Virus record (IMG/VR): IMGVR_UViG_3300009177_000028
Span: 124,001-188,000 of that record
Length of the DNA: 64,000 bases
Direction: 5' to 3' (one strand)
In this document: positions 1-10,497 of the stretch, in pieces
Layout: every line of letters begins with the position of its first letter
Position numbering within the stretch: position 1 is the first letter of the stretch
Position numbers and translations under genes: made by a program
The notes under the pieces: generated by a model
Seen by the model: only the letters and a program-made list of their open reading frames with translations
Databases searched by the model: none
Told to the model about the DNA's origin: nothing

Positions 1-1
1 T

Positions 2-2269
2 GGCCTTCAGGGTAAATCACTTAATTCATCCTTAGCAACTATAAATACTTTTGGTTTATCTAGAGACGGCTACCATTTAACTTGGAATGCTTCAGGACAA
101 TATTGGGAAGCTCAAACCGGATTTAAAGCTGCTGGTGACTTAGCAATTACCAATAGCCCACCTTGGGGAAGAACTAGCCAAGTAGTAGTTGGCCTTCAAA
201 ACAAGGCCATTGCTCCGGCAGCTACAACGCCAAGTGACGGTGATGTATTAGTTTTTGAAACCACTGATAATCACTGGGAACCACAGCAACCAGCCGTAGT
301 TTTTGGTGGGTCTGTGCTCGCTGGAGACGGCTACGTAACCAGAACCAATATTCGTTCTAACAAATTACTTCAATCACCTTCCGCCAATACTTCTAGCAAA
401 GTTGGAATGGTTAACTTTGGCAGCCGCTCATCAGGTCTTACTGCCGGAACTACTGAAAACTATGCCGCCATTCTTAGCGGTGATAGACACGCAGCTAGCG
501 GACTTTTCAGCCTAATTACCGGTGGTGATACCAACGTAGCTAGTGGTCAGTATGCCACGGTAATTAACGGAACCACCAATACAGCCAGCGCAAATTATTC
601 TGTAGTTATGGATGGTTACAGTAATACGGCTTCTGGAATTCATTCCTACGTATTGAATGGTTCTGCTAACGCTCCAGCGGCTCTTTATTCTTCAGTTCTA
701 AATGGTATTTCTAATACTATTTCTTCAACTTCTACTCATGCTGCCATTGGATTTGGTTCAAATAACCAAATTACTGGAGCAACCGCAACTTACACCCTAA
801 TCATGGGTGGAAGCGGCAACCAAGCCTCAGCTCAGAACGTCTTCCTTGGAAATCCAACTGGAGCTACTGTTCAGTCTACTTATTCAACAGTCTTGACTGG
901 TTTGAATAATTCCATAAACTCAACTTCTAATTTCTCTGCTATAATTAGCGGAAATACTAATACAGTATCTGGATCTTCTGGATTTGGTTTTATTGGAACT
1001 GGTAATAACATTACTGTTACTGGATTATATGCTACTGTTCTTAATGCAACGGTTGCTACTGCTAACGGTCTTCATAGCTTAGTTCTAAATGGTAATACTA
1101 ACTCTGTTACTGGAAGTTTCTCAACTATCGTCAACGGAAATAATAACACTATCAGCGGACCGATCGCTTATGGCACTATCTTGGACGGATACGGTAACTC
1201 AGTATCTGGTGCTGGCGGATTAGTTGACGGTTATAATAACACTGTCTCTGGTATTTGGTCAACCATTCTAAATGGAAACGGAAATAGTATTTCCTGTAGA
1301 AATAGCACCATTCTCAACGGATCTTCCAACTCAATGGATGCCGCCAGCTCAGAAAATACAATTCTGGTTGGTACCTCCAACGTTCTAACTGGAACCAACA
1401 ACACAGTAACTATCGGAAGTGGTAATACGTTAACAAACGTATCCAGTCACTTTGTTCTAGGTAGCTTCAATACCCATCAATCTAACTTCTCATTCACCAA
1501 TGGAAGTTTAAATACAAGTTTGTCCGGAGCAGCCTTCAATAGGATTTGGGGATCTTCTAATACCATTGGAACTAACGTTACGATCAACGGTATCTTTGGT
1601 AACTCTAATGCTCTTGGACCAACCAGCACCACTAGCAACAACTTCGTAGCAGGCTCTTCCAATATCGTTGACGGCTATGGTAACAGCACCGTTCTAGGCT
1701 CTACAAATATTGCCAACTCCAGCTTTGGATTAGTCCAAGGACAGTATGGTAAGTCAAGAATGTTTGGACAACAGGTCCACGCTAACTCCAGATTTACTGC
1801 CGGTAGAGTGGGTGAAGCTCAATGGTCTAGGATGGTATTGACCGGAAATGCAAACTCCGGTGCCTCTATTCCTCTTCTATTGCAGGACGCCGCCCCAACA
1901 CCAATTACCTTTGTAGATGGCTATTCTTATGATCTACAAATTCGTGTAATGGTAGTTAATACTTCACCAATTAGCCCTAACCCAGTGGTCCCAGCTAGAT
2001 TTGTTTTTGATGTCTTGGCCCACCAAGAAGCTGGTTCAATTGTGTTAGATAACATTAACCACACAGTTATTACCCCTAATACTAGTGATGATCCATCGGG
2101 AGCCACTCGAACAATTGGTTGGTCTGTATCGATTACTACTTCTGGAAATCAGCTACAAATTACAGTAGACCCTGAACTATCTTCCGCAAATTATGTTCAA
2201 CCAGGTAATACGCCATCTAACAGAAGAGCCGTTGCAACTGTTGAAATGCGTGAAATGACGAGACTATAA
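2..2269 (+). CDS. Tail fibre / beta-helical virion protein, 5'-truncated at window edge
   Basis: Frame 2 is open from base 2 into the tracked 314..2269 ORF. G/S/N/T-rich with many (S/T)-I-(L/V)-NG-x-x-N-type repeats typical of beta-helical fibres. Confidence 0.7.
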   Translation, partial: GLQGKSLNSSLATINTFGLSRDGYHLTWNASGQYWEAQTGFKAAGDLAITNSPPWGRTSQVVVGLQNKAIAPAATTPSDGDVLVFETTDNHWEPQQPAVVFGGSVLAGDGYVTRTNIRSNKLLQSPSANTSSKVGMVNFGSRSSGLTAGTTENYAAILSGDRHAASGLFSLITGGDTNVASGQYATVINGTTNTASANYSVVMDGYSNTASGIHSYVLNGSANAPAALYSSVLNGISNTISSTSTHAAIGFGSNNQITGATATYTLIMGGSGNQASAQNVFLGNPTGATVQSTYSTVLTGLNNSINSTSNFSAIISGNTNTVSGSSGFGFIGTGNNITVTGLYATVLNATVATANGLHSLVLNGNTNSVTGSFSTIVNGNNNTISGPIAYGTILDGYGNSVSGAGGLVDGYNNTVSGIWSTILNGNGNSISCRNSTILNGSSNSMDAASSENTILVGTSNVLTGTNNTVTIGSGNTLTNVSSHFVLGSFNTHQSNFSFTNGSLNTSLSGAAFNRIWGSSNTIGTNVTINGIFGNSNALGPTSTTSNNFVAGSSNIVDGYGNSTVLGSTNIANSSFGLVQGQYGKSRMFGQQVHANSRFTAGRVGEAQWSRMVLTGNANSGASIPLLLQDAAPTPITFVDGYSYDLQIRVMVVNTSPISPNPVVPARFVFDVLAHQEAGSIVLDNINHTVITPNTSDDPSGATRTIGWSVSITTSGNQLQITVDPELSSANYVQPGNTPSNRRAVATVEMREMTRL

Positions 2270-2700
2270 TGCCGAAATTTATCCCTAGAACTAAAAACTT
2301 TGTAATGCCAGAACTAATCGATAGATTTCCTCCAGTTGGAAATCCTCCAGATGGTTATGTTATTACTTACAGCTCATCAGATGGATATTACTATCCTCAA
2401 GCAACGTCCAAGCGTCAAATCAATTCCAGCCCAAGCTCTTCTCCTTACAACGTAGGCTCTGAAGATGTAGTTTTAGTTCAGTCTCACGTAGGAACTTTTA
2501 CGGTTAATTTACCAATTGCTCCAGCTATCGGAACTCATTTGTATATTAAAGATTTTGCTGGAGTAGCTGCCGCCAATGTCATCAACGTAGCATCGGGTGC
2601 CAATATTGATGGCGGGTCACCTTATGTAATTAATACAAATTATGGTTGTATTCATGTGGTTTTTAATGGTGCCACTTGGTCCATTCTATCAAAATTCTGA
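2269..2700 (+). CDS. Small tail-fibre-associated protein
   Basis: C-terminal module (TVNLP...YIKD..G.AA...I...G.NIDG...WSI) is shared with the C-terminus of 2771..6790. Confidence 0.6.
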   Translation: MPKFIPRTKNFVMPELIDRFPPVGNPPDGYVITYSSSDGYYYPQATSKRQINSSPSSSPYNVGSEDVVLVQSHVGTFTVNLPIAPAIGTHLYIKDFAGVAAANVINVASGANIDGGSPYVINTNYGCIHVVFNGATWSILSKF

Positions 2701-2770
2701 GATCTTGCAGAATTCTATATATTTAGAATGCCCATAATCTAATAAAGAGGCATCTCTTTCAGGAGATTCT

Positions 2771-5700
2771 ATGGCAATACAGTACTACATGCGAGCATAT
2801 AATACGACCCTTTCCCAGTATGTGGATTGGGTTGTTAATGACACGCCCGACAGTACAGGCACTTTTTCTGGTTACCCAATCGGCCAGCTAATTGATATTA
2901 CTGTCAATAGAGTCGTTCAGTCTAAAGTAGGGAATATTGTAAAAAATTCCCATGGTTTAGGTGGCTCGGACGGATATTATGTCCACGTCAATAGTTATGA
3001 CTGGAAGAATGCCACCTCCCCGATTCCAGTTCCACCAAGTGGACAATTAAGCGGGCTTGCCGTAGAAAGAGGTATTACCTCTTTAACAACGGTAAACGGC
3101 GCCACCAACGCTAGCCCTATTCAAGTAAGTACGGTCGGTACACATGGATTAACAACTGGTCAGTACGTTACTATTATTGGAGTTCAAGGCAATTTTGCTG
3201 CCAATGGAACTTTTCCAATTATCAATACGGGCACCAACTCATTTACACTAACCGGATCAGCAGGTAACGGAGCTTATACTTCTGGTGGTACTGTTTTTGT
3301 TCCAACCGATTTCTCCACTCTCACCTGGGATGAAACTAATCAAATTTGGAGATTTGCTTTCAATACTAAAGGCGATGGCACTACTCTAGGTGCTAGCCAA
3401 GATATTAGAGCTAATAACACAAAATTCGATGGTTATACTGTTCTTGGAACCAATCCAGCTTCTCAAGGTATTATTAGATTACCAAATAATCAATTTATTT
3501 TTGGAAGAAATCAAGGAAACTCTGCCGATATTCAAATTGTCGGTATTGATAATTTAAACAGAATCAAAGTTGGTGGTAGTCCCTCTGATTTAGTTTACAT
3601 GCCAGGAAATTTGGATGTAGATGGGTACATTGTTCATGATGGTTCAAGCACAAATGTACCAACCACTGGATTTATTCGTGAGCAAAACGGTACAAACATT
3701 GTTGCTATTAGAAATGCAGGTGGTACGGCCGACATCGTTGTCCTTAGCTCTACTTCAGGCAATCTAATTGTCTTGGGCGACTCGGTTAACTCCGGAATCA
3801 ACTACAACACTTCAACTGCTAACTTACACAATTTCCAAGTTGCAGGAACTACGTTCCTTGAAGTCGGAAGCTCCAACGGAGCCGCTCCATTTAGCAGCAG
3901 CGCCTTCTTAAGATTTTCTCAGACCGCCTCAAGCCCAGTCATTGGTCAAACCGCCTTGTCTTCCGGCAGCGGCGCTACCTTCACCGTTCAGGCCCAATCA
4001 ACAAGTGCCGCATCTCAAACTGGTGGTATTCTTCAATTGGCTTCTGGTAGAGGATCTGGCGGTAGCGGATTCGATGGTACAGTAGATATCTTAACAGGTA
4101 CGCCAACTGGTGGTGGTACTCTTAAGATGAGAATTCATCCAACTACTGCTCCCGTTTCCGCTAACAATAGTACTATTGAAATTTTTGAAAACAACCTTAG
4201 ATTCGACGATCTACAGGTGCTTCCATTTATCTTGCAGGAAACAACTGCTGGCGCTACTGGAACCCATCTAACTGTTCAAGCACAAAATGCTTCAACTACG
4301 GGCGGTAACTTACTACTATCATCTGGTACTGGCGCAGGTACTGCTGGAAACGTTATTATCAAGACAGGTAATACAAATCAGATTATCGTCACTCCAACAC
4401 TAACTACTATCCTTGGAAACTTGTTAGTTAATGGTACTACAACCAGCGTTGCAAGTACTGTAGTTGAAATTGCTGACAGAGTCATCAATCTAAATAGCTC
4501 TGCTAACCAATTCCCAGGTACTACCGTTCCGGCCCCAACTCAGATTACTGGTTTTGCAATAGATAGAGGTAGTAGCAATAACACAACTAAGAGAGATTAC
4601 TTTGGTCTATTCTGGTCTGAAACAGATGGTTACTGGAGATTTGCTGTTAACACAGACGGATACACTACGCAGAATACACTATTCAGCACCCTTCCAGTTC
4701 TTGCTTCTGCCTATATGGCACAACCAAGCGCTGCCGTTCCAGTTTCTGCCTCAGCAATTCCTACAGTGGGTGGATTTAGAGCATTAAACAATACGACTGT
4801 GGTGGCGGCAAGAAATGCGGCAGGTACACAAGATTTACCTCTAGTAGGTACCGATTCTACTAACCATTTGTTATGGGGATCTCCAACCAACAATGCTGGA
4901 ACTATCTTTAACACTACAGTTGGTACTGATTATGACTTCCAAGTTAACTCAGTTTCCGCTTATAAGTTAACTCTTTCTACCTCTGGCACAAGCACTCTAG
5001 AAGCAGCCGCTGGTACCACTTCTTTGGTTTACAGACAAGCCAACACTGGTGGTGGCACAGGCGCTAACACAACTCTTCAGGCCCAGAACGCAGCTACTAC
5101 AGGTGGTAACCTAGTCCTAACTTCAGGAACTGGAACCACAGCCGGCAACGTTCAACTACAAACTGGAGCTGTTGATAAGGTAGTTGTTCATCCAACCTTT
5201 ACAGAATTCAGGGATACCGCAGAAGCAATGCGTGTCACTCCTGTTTCGGCTGGTACAAGCCAGATTACTTTTGCCTCTACGGTAACCGCAGTTTCAATTA
5301 ACCAAACTGCTTTGGTTGGAACTACTGGAGCAAGCTGGACTGTCCAAGCTCAGAACGCAACCACCACAGGTGGAAACATCACTCTAAGTGCCGGCAACGC
5401 AACTACTACAGGCGGTAATGCAATTATCACTTCTGGTACGGGCGCAACTGCTGGTGACACCAAGTTACAAACTGGTGGTGTTGACCGTGTCATTGTGCAC
5501 GCAAGCTTTACAGAGTTTAGAGATACGGCAGAAGCTTATCGTATTACTCCGCTATCTGCTGGAACAACAACACTTCAAGCAGCAAGTACTGTTACTTTGG
5601 TTCAGTACAGACAAGCCGATCTAACCAGCAACGGTGGTACTGGCGCAGCTACAATTCTTCAAGCTCAGAACGAAACTGGCACAACCTCTACTGGTGGTGC

Positions 5701-6790
5701 TTTGATTCTAACTTCTGGAACTGGAACCACTACGGCTGGAAATCTTCAGCTTCAGACAGGCGCAGTTGATAGAGTTGTCGTTCATCCAACCTTCACAGAA
5801 TTTAGAGATACTGCCGAAGCTTATCGTATTACCCCAGTCTCTGCTGGTGCTACGACTCTTCAGGCAGCATCGACAGTTACCGCAGTAACTTACAAGCAAG
5901 CAGACCTAACCACTAACAGCGGTACAGGCGCTACGACAACTCTTCAGGCACAGAATGAAACTGGCACTACCTCAACAGGTGGTGGACTTGTTTTGGTTGC
6001 TGGTTCGGGTACTTCATTGGGTGGTAATGCCAGCCTAACTGCTGGATCAAGCACCACGACTGGTGGAGCTGCTACCTTAGCTGGTGGTGCAGGTACTACC
6101 ACAGGCGGTAACGCACTAGTTACTTCTGGTACTGGAGCAACTGCTGGAAATGTCCAGTTGCAAACCGGAGCAGTTGATCGTGTAGTAGTTCACCCAACCT
6201 TCACAGAGTTTAGAGATACTGCCGAAGCAGTTAGAGTTACTCCAGTATCTGCTGGTACGACACAGGTTCTATTCGCTTCTACCGTTACGGCAGTTACTAT
6301 CAAGCAAACTGACCTAACCACCAACAGCGGAACTGGTGCCACAACTACTGTACAAGCACAAAACGAAACTGGTACAACTAGCAATGGTGGAGATCTAAAT
6401 CTAACTTCTGGAACTGGTACATCTCTAGATGGTTATGTAAACCTACAGGCTGGTGGTTCTACGGTTGTCAAGGTTCATACTAACAAGGTCACCTTCGTAA
6501 AGGGATGGCGTAGACACGTCACCAGCGTTACGGGAACCTATCAAGTATTGGTTACGGATGATTATCTAGCTATCACTACTTTGGCTGCACCGTTTACCAT
6601 CACCATGCCAGCTAACCCAGTAAGTGGCGACACTTATCAGATCAAAGATACAACCGGAAATGCTGCAACCAGCAACGTTACGATTGCCGGAAACGGTAAC
6701 AACATTGATGGAGCAGCAAGCTTCGTTCTAACTTCTGCCTATGCGTCTGTTACCTTAACGTATACCGGCACACAATGGAGCATTAGCTAA
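2771..6790 (+). CDS. Long tail fibre protein with internal repeats (1339 aa)
   Basis: T/G/A-rich; recurring TxQAQN..TTGGNLxLxSGTG units; four TG(A/G)VD(R/K)V(V/I)VH(P/A)(T/S)FTEFRDTAEA repeats; phage fibre-type C-terminal module. Confidence 0.75.
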   Translation: MAIQYYMRAYNTTLSQYVDWVVNDTPDSTGTFSGYPIGQLIDITVNRVVQSKVGNIVKNSHGLGGSDGYYVHVNSYDWKNATSPIPVPPSGQLSGLAVERGITSLTTVNGATNASPIQVSTVGTHGLTTGQYVTIIGVQGNFAANGTFPIINTGTNSFTLTGSAGNGAYTSGGTVFVPTDFSTLTWDETNQIWRFAFNTKGDGTTLGASQDIRANNTKFDGYTVLGTNPASQGIIRLPNNQFIFGRNQGNSADIQIVGIDNLNRIKVGGSPSDLVYMPGNLDVDGYIVHDGSSTNVPTTGFIREQNGTNIVAIRNAGGTADIVVLSSTSGNLIVLGDSVNSGINYNTSTANLHNFQVAGTTFLEVGSSNGAAPFSSSAFLRFSQTASSPVIGQTALSSGSGATFTVQAQSTSAASQTGGILQLASGRGSGGSGFDGTVDILTGTPTGGGTLKMRIHPTTAPVSANNSTIEIFENNLRFDDLQVLPFILQETTAGATGTHLTVQAQNASTTGGNLLLSSGTGAGTAGNVIIKTGNTNQIIVTPTLTTILGNLLVNGTTTSVASTVVEIADRVINLNSSANQFPGTTVPAPTQITGFAIDRGSSNNTTKRDYFGLFWSETDGYWRFAVNTDGYTTQNTLFSTLPVLASAYMAQPSAAVPVSASAIPTVGGFRALNNTTVVAARNAAGTQDLPLVGTDSTNHLLWGSPTNNAGTIFNTTVGTDYDFQVNSVSAYKLTLSTSGTSTLEAAAGTTSLVYRQANTGGGTGANTTLQAQNAATTGGNLVLTSGTGTTAGNVQLQTGAVDKVVVHPTFTEFRDTAEAMRVTPVSAGTSQITFASTVTAVSINQTALVGTTGASWTVQAQNATTTGGNITLSAGNATTTGGNAIITSGTGATAGDTKLQTGGVDRVIVHASFTEFRDTAEAYRITPLSAGTTTLQAASTVTLVQYRQADLTSNGGTGAATILQAQNETGTTSTGGALILTSGTGTTTAGNLQLQTGAVDRVVVHPTFTEFRDTAEAYRITPVSAGATTLQAASTVTAVTYKQADLTTNSGTGATTTLQAQNETGTTSTGGGLVLVAGSGTSLGGNASLTAGSSTTTGGAATLAGGAGTTTGGNALVTSGTGATAGNVQLQTGAVDRVVVHPTFTEFRDTAEAVRVTPVSAGTTQVLFASTVTAVTIKQTDLTTNSGTGATTTVQAQNETGTTSNGGDLNLTSGTGTSLDGYVNLQAGGSTVVKVHTNKVTFVKGWRRHVTSVTGTYQVLVTDDYLAITTLAAPFTITMPANPVSGDTYQIKDTTGNAATSNVTIAGNGNNIDGAASFVLTSAYASVTLTYTGTQWSIS
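5160..6460 (+). repeat. Intragenic coding repeats (4 copies of the VHPTFTEFRDTAEA core)
   Basis: Cores begin near 5162, 5471, 5756 and 6164, e.g. ccaaccttcacagaatttagagatactgccgaagc and variants. Confidence 0.85.
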
Positions 6791-7185
6791 TGAGTTATAG
6801 AGCAGACGGATATATTCCACCAGCAACGGGCGCGAATAAAGATGGATACGATACCATATTGGCTGGCCAATATGCTACTGGTTTAAATGGCCACGGAGGA
6901 AAACTAATCCTAAGAGGAGGAGTTGGCTCTGCTGATGGTTATGACGGATACGTGTACATTGAAACTGGCACTAGAATTATTATGGTATTCGACGGTTACA
7001 ATGTTGGTTTTTTTCCAACAGGAATAACTGGATCTTTTGATTCTGGTAAAAATGTTATCTTTGTTGCAAATGCAACTACAGTTCCAACCACTGATCCGAC
7101 AGGTGGAGGCATTCTATATGTAGAGGGTGGCGCTCTCAAGTATCGAGGGCCGAACGGTACTGTTACGACAATAGCTCCGGCATAA
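6790..7185 (+). CDS. Putative virion/tail protein
   Basis: G-rich; C-terminal PTTDPTGGGILYVEGGALKYRGPNGTVTTIA resembles phage fibre connector modules; start overlaps the previous stop. Confidence 0.55.
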   Translation: MSYRADGYIPPATGANKDGYDTILAGQYATGLNGHGGKLILRGGVGSADGYDGYVYIETGTRIIMVFDGYNVGFFPTGITGSFDSGKNVIFVANATTVPTTDPTGGGILYVEGGALKYRGPNGTVTTIAPA

Positions 7186-7194
7186 GGAATATCT

Positions 7195-7599
7195 ATGGCA
7201 AAAACTACATTAAGAGAAATTAAAGATGGTTATGGAACCACCACCGATGCTGGAACTCAAATAGCTTTAGCTACTTTTAACGTTTCAACGGGCGGACCAG
7301 GTGGGACAGCTTTAGATAATTGTTCTATTTTCATTACTGCTAGATGTGTAGGATTTTGTACAACCGGCGCCACGGCAGGTGGTGAATTCATTGGCGGACA
7401 ATTTAAAGTAACATCTGGTACATTAGCCCAAGTAGGAGTCAGCTCTCACGCCATTACTATGATTAAAGATACTGGCGGCTCACCCACTAGTGATTTTTCT
7501 GTTGCCGGCAGTACTATTACTTATTACGTAACAGGTGTTGCCGCTACTACTATTGATTGGTTTGGGTTAATGGATGTCTTTATCTATCGTCCAGCTTAA
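7195..7599 (+). CDS. Putative virion/tail protein
   Basis: Same composition as the fibre cluster; last gene of the operon. Confidence 0.5.
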   Translation: MAKTTLREIKDGYGTTTDAGTQIALATFNVSTGGPGGTALDNCSIFITARCVGFCTTGATAGGEFIGGQFKVTSGTLAQVGVSSHAITMIKDTGGSPTSDFSVAGSTITYYVTGVAATTIDWFGLMDVFIYRPA

Positions 7600-7935
7600 T
7601 TACCAAAACATTCTAAGCTTAACTATACGATAGAACTCTTTGGCCAGCTCATCAAAGACCGCTGGTTTATTAGGTTTCAAATATTCTATATGAAACCCAT
7701 TGTCAAATTCTATACGAATAGCTTTATTCAATTCCCAGCTTATTAAACCTGGAGAATATTCCGCTTCAACAACATATTTGATTAGGCCAAGTGCAGCATC
7801 CTTGACAGAGCCTTCCACTTTAATGTCGCCCTCATTATCAATGATAAGACGACTGCCATTACAGATAATGGTGGTTGTATCCTCAATGCTCCATGTCATT
7901 GGGTATGGTAAATGTACCATTGGAAAATTAGCCAT
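7600..7935 (-). CDS. Hypothetical protein ending ...RIVKLRMFW
   Basis: Tightly packed in the minus-strand operon; basic/hydrophobic C-terminus. Confidence 0.6.
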   Translation of the reverse strand: MANFPMVHLPYPMTWSIEDTTTIICNGSRLIIDNEGDIKVEGSVKDAALGLIKYVVEAEYSPGLISWELNKAIRIEFDNGFHIEYLKPNKPAVFDELAKEFYRIVKLRMFW

Positions 7936-7936
7936 C

Positions 7937-8602
7937 TCACTTCACCAGTGAAAGTGGGCCGTAAATTTTTTCTCTGGTCCAACCGAAAGCATCCAATGAA
8001 ATATTGAATTGTCCAGTCTCAGAGATCAAGTGAAGCATATTGTATGCCAATTGACGAACCTCTAACTGAGCATGTTCGCTGTATCGCAGTCCTACAAAGT
8101 GCATAAAGGATCTGAAGTTGAACATAACGTCAGCAGTTAATTGATTGGCGTATGGAAGATAGAATCGGGCGCTTTCCTTAGCTCTTTTTCTTGGAATACC
8201 CTTAGCAATCAAACGAGCTAAACACTCGTGATATCTCTGGTTAGATTCTTCACAGTGTTTGATAAGCTTAGCTTGTTCATCTTCTTCCCAATCCTGAGGA
8301 ATATAAAACTTATCGTCTTTCAATTCTTTGTATCGGGCTGACTCACCATTGACAGAGCATCCAATTCTGTGTTTAAGAATATGAATGTGGGTGGCGATAT
8401 CTGTAGTTACCAAGAAGTGTTGGGATGATTTTTCAAAGGGAGTATGATGCCCTTCCGTTGCCAACATGGTTAGCAATTTACCCATTCTACCACGCTTCTC
8501 TTCAGTTAATTCTCTGGACGTAGAAGTCCAGGCCGAAAGCGCATGAGTTTCATCTGAACCATAAATGCCGCACAATTCTACTTTATTATTGTAGTCTTTC
8601 AT
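7937..8602 (-). CDS. thyX: FAD-dependent thymidylate synthase ThyX
   Basis: GHHTPFE; KHRIGCSVNGESARY (variant of the RHRx7-8S motif); ARFYLP; NFRSFMHF; AQLEVR. Confidence 0.93.
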   Translation of the reverse strand: MKDYNNKVELCGIYGSDETHALSAWTSTSRELTEEKRGRMGKLLTMLATEGHHTPFEKSSQHFLVTTDIATHIHILKHRIGCSVNGESARYKELKDDKFYIPQDWEEDEQAKLIKHCEESNQRYHECLARLIAKGIPRKRAKESARFYLPYANQLTADVMFNFRSFMHFVGLRYSEHAQLEVRQLAYNMLHLISETGQFNISLDAFGWTREKIYGPLSLVK

Positions 8603-8925
8603 AATTCTAATACCTTTATTTGATCTGGTAAAAATCTAAACGTCCCATTATGAAAGGGAAGATCTTTCCATCCGTCTTTGTTGTTAATAAGCAATCTTTC
8701 CCAATCCATATGATAATGGTGTACTACATCATACCTACCATCTTTACAAATGAGACCGTCACCTTCACCTTCGATGAAAAAGATGATTCCGTAGTACCAT
8801 TCATTTTGGTAAGTTTCGTATCTTATTTCTGGATTAAATATAAACAGTTTATTCCCAAGAACATATGTGTTATAGAGTCTCACATTTATTTCTTCTAAAA
8901 ATTGAATAGATAAGTCCACCGGCAA
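8599..8925 (-). CDS. Hypothetical protein
   Basis: Overlaps the thyX start by 4 nt; operon context. Confidence 0.55.
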   Translation of the reverse strand: MPVDLSIQFLEEINVRLYNTYVLGNKLFIFNPEIRYETYQNEWYYGIIFFIEGEGDGLICKDGRYDVVHHYHMDWERLLINNKDGWKDLPFHNGTFRFLPDQIKVLEL

Positions 8926-9112
8926 GCCCCACTATTAAAATTGCTAGACCCATCCAGCAACCAAATTTTACACCAGAATATAGCGCCTGTACCAATACTG
9001 ACGCAAAGAAAAACCAGGACAAAAACTTAAATATGTGACACTTATTTGGTTTGTTCATCGGTAGTCTTCTTTCCGAAAAAACGCTTATAATCAGCGTAGG
9101 AGAAGTAACCAA
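8870..9112 (-). CDS. Small membrane protein (start probably near 9058, MNKPNK)
   Basis: Two hydrophobic segments. Confidence 0.5.
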   Translation of the reverse strand: MVTSPTLIISVFSERRLPMNKPNKCHIFKFLSWFFFASVLVQALYSGVKFGCWMGLAILIVGLAGGLIYSIFRRNKCETL

Positions 9113-9248
9113 ATCCCAAAGCTAGCACCAAACAAACGATAAATAGTCCTGCATGGGGAATTGTTAATGCAAAAACTGCAAATCCCAACATAGCTAAAAC
9201 AGTCAAAAGAGTTAAGATAGCGACAATAATTCTGATAGTCTGTGGCAT
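9042..9248 (-). CDS. Small two-TM membrane protein
   Basis: Two hydrophobic helices and a basic C-tail; AGG upstream. Confidence 0.6.
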   Translation of the reverse strand: MPQTIRIIVAILTLLTVLAMLGFAVFALTIPHAGLFIVCLVLALGFGYFSYADYKRFFGKKTTDEQTK

Positions 9249-9254
9249 AATTCC

Positions 9255-10307
9255 TCACCTTAGGATAACATCATGGGGATGGGACTCTTTAAGTCCAGCA
9301 TTGGTTATCCTAATAAATTCTGGATTATCCCTAAGTTCTGTCAGATTGTGTGCGCCTTGATAAGAGCATCCCGAACGCAAACCCTCTAGCAACTTGACTA
9401 AGATTTCTTCGAAATGTCCTTTGGTTGGAACGACTGCCGCCACACCCTCTACGTGATTAGTTTTATGGGTAGAACTTCCAACATAATTTTTGAAAGTACG
9501 ACCATCAATAGACATAATCTCTCCTGGTGTTTCTACGCAGCCAGCGAACAAATTACCTACCATTACCATGTCAGCAAAGCAAAGGGCTTTAACCACATCC
9601 CCAGCATTCTTGATTCCGCCATCAGCAATAATGGGAAATTGTCTGCTAGTGAATCCCCAAGGATAATCCTTTTTATCTTTAGTTCTCCATAAAGCTAGTA
9701 GCTCTTGCTGAGTTTTAGCAACATCCATTAGAGCTGTCAGTTGAGGAACCCCATTACCAGTTTCAATTCTGGTAGTACAAAGGCTGCCCGGCCCGACACC
9801 AACTTTAACCACATTGGCCCCAGCTTCCCAGAGGCGTCGAGCCCCTTCACCAGAAGCTACGTTACCAGCGATAATGAAAACGCTTTCTCGCAGATCTCTT
9901 AGCCTCTTAATCATGTTGGTACATTGCTCAGAATCACCGTGAGCAATGTCGATGCAGAAGATTCTAACGCCCTCTTCTACAAACTTATGAACATTGGCTA
10001 ATTCTTCATCTTTGACACCAATAGAGACGGCGAAACTCTTCTCACCGAAATTGTCTAGAATATCTTGAGAGATGGCTAGCTGCTCATCCATTGACATGAA
10101 GCGGTGAAGGATGGCTAAACCGCCAGTTCTACACACTTCAAAAGCCATGGCCATTCCAGTAATGGTTTTCATATTAGCTGGAATAATGGGGTGCTTAAAA
10201 CTAAGCGCTCCCCACTTAACAGAAATGTCTACTTTTGAACGACTTTCTACGGTTGAGTGTTGCGGAACAAGTAAAACATCATCAAATGTTAAGCCTTCTC
10301 GTATCAT
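9255..10307 (-). CDS. IMP dehydrogenase / GMP reductase family, no CBS domain
   Basis: [11 protein letters not shown]; IDIAHG; [14 protein letters not shown] with catalytic Cys; IIADGGI; [11 protein letters not shown]. GuaB versus GuaC not resolved. Confidence 0.92.
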   Translation of the reverse strand: MIREGLTFDDVLLVPQHSTVESRSKVDISVKWGALSFKHPIIPANMKTITGMAMAFEVCRTGGLAILHRFMSMDEQLAISQDILDNFGEKSFAVSIGVKDEELANVHKFVEEGVRIFCIDIAHGDSEQCTNMIKRLRDLRESVFIIAGNVASGEGARRLWEAGANVVKVGVGPGSLCTTRIETGNGVPQLTALMDVAKTQQELLALWRTKDKKDYPWGFTSRQFPIIADGGIKNAGDVVKALCFADMVMVGNLFAGCVETPGEIMSIDGRTFKNYVGSSTHKTNHVEGVAAVVPTKGHFEEILVKLLEGLRSGCSYQGAHNLTELRDNPEFIRITNAGLKESHPHDVILR

Positions 10308-10497
10308 CGATTAACTCCTGCTATGGAACCGGATTGGATATAACGTTCGCCATATTTTAGCATATTAGGTACCAGCGATTTTAAGATTCTGTTATATTCT
10401 CAATAAAATCGCCTGGTAACGTAATAATTTAACGCCAAATGTCAAGGACACCAAATTTAAAAATTATTACAAAACTGGGTTTAACCAAGGGAATTTT

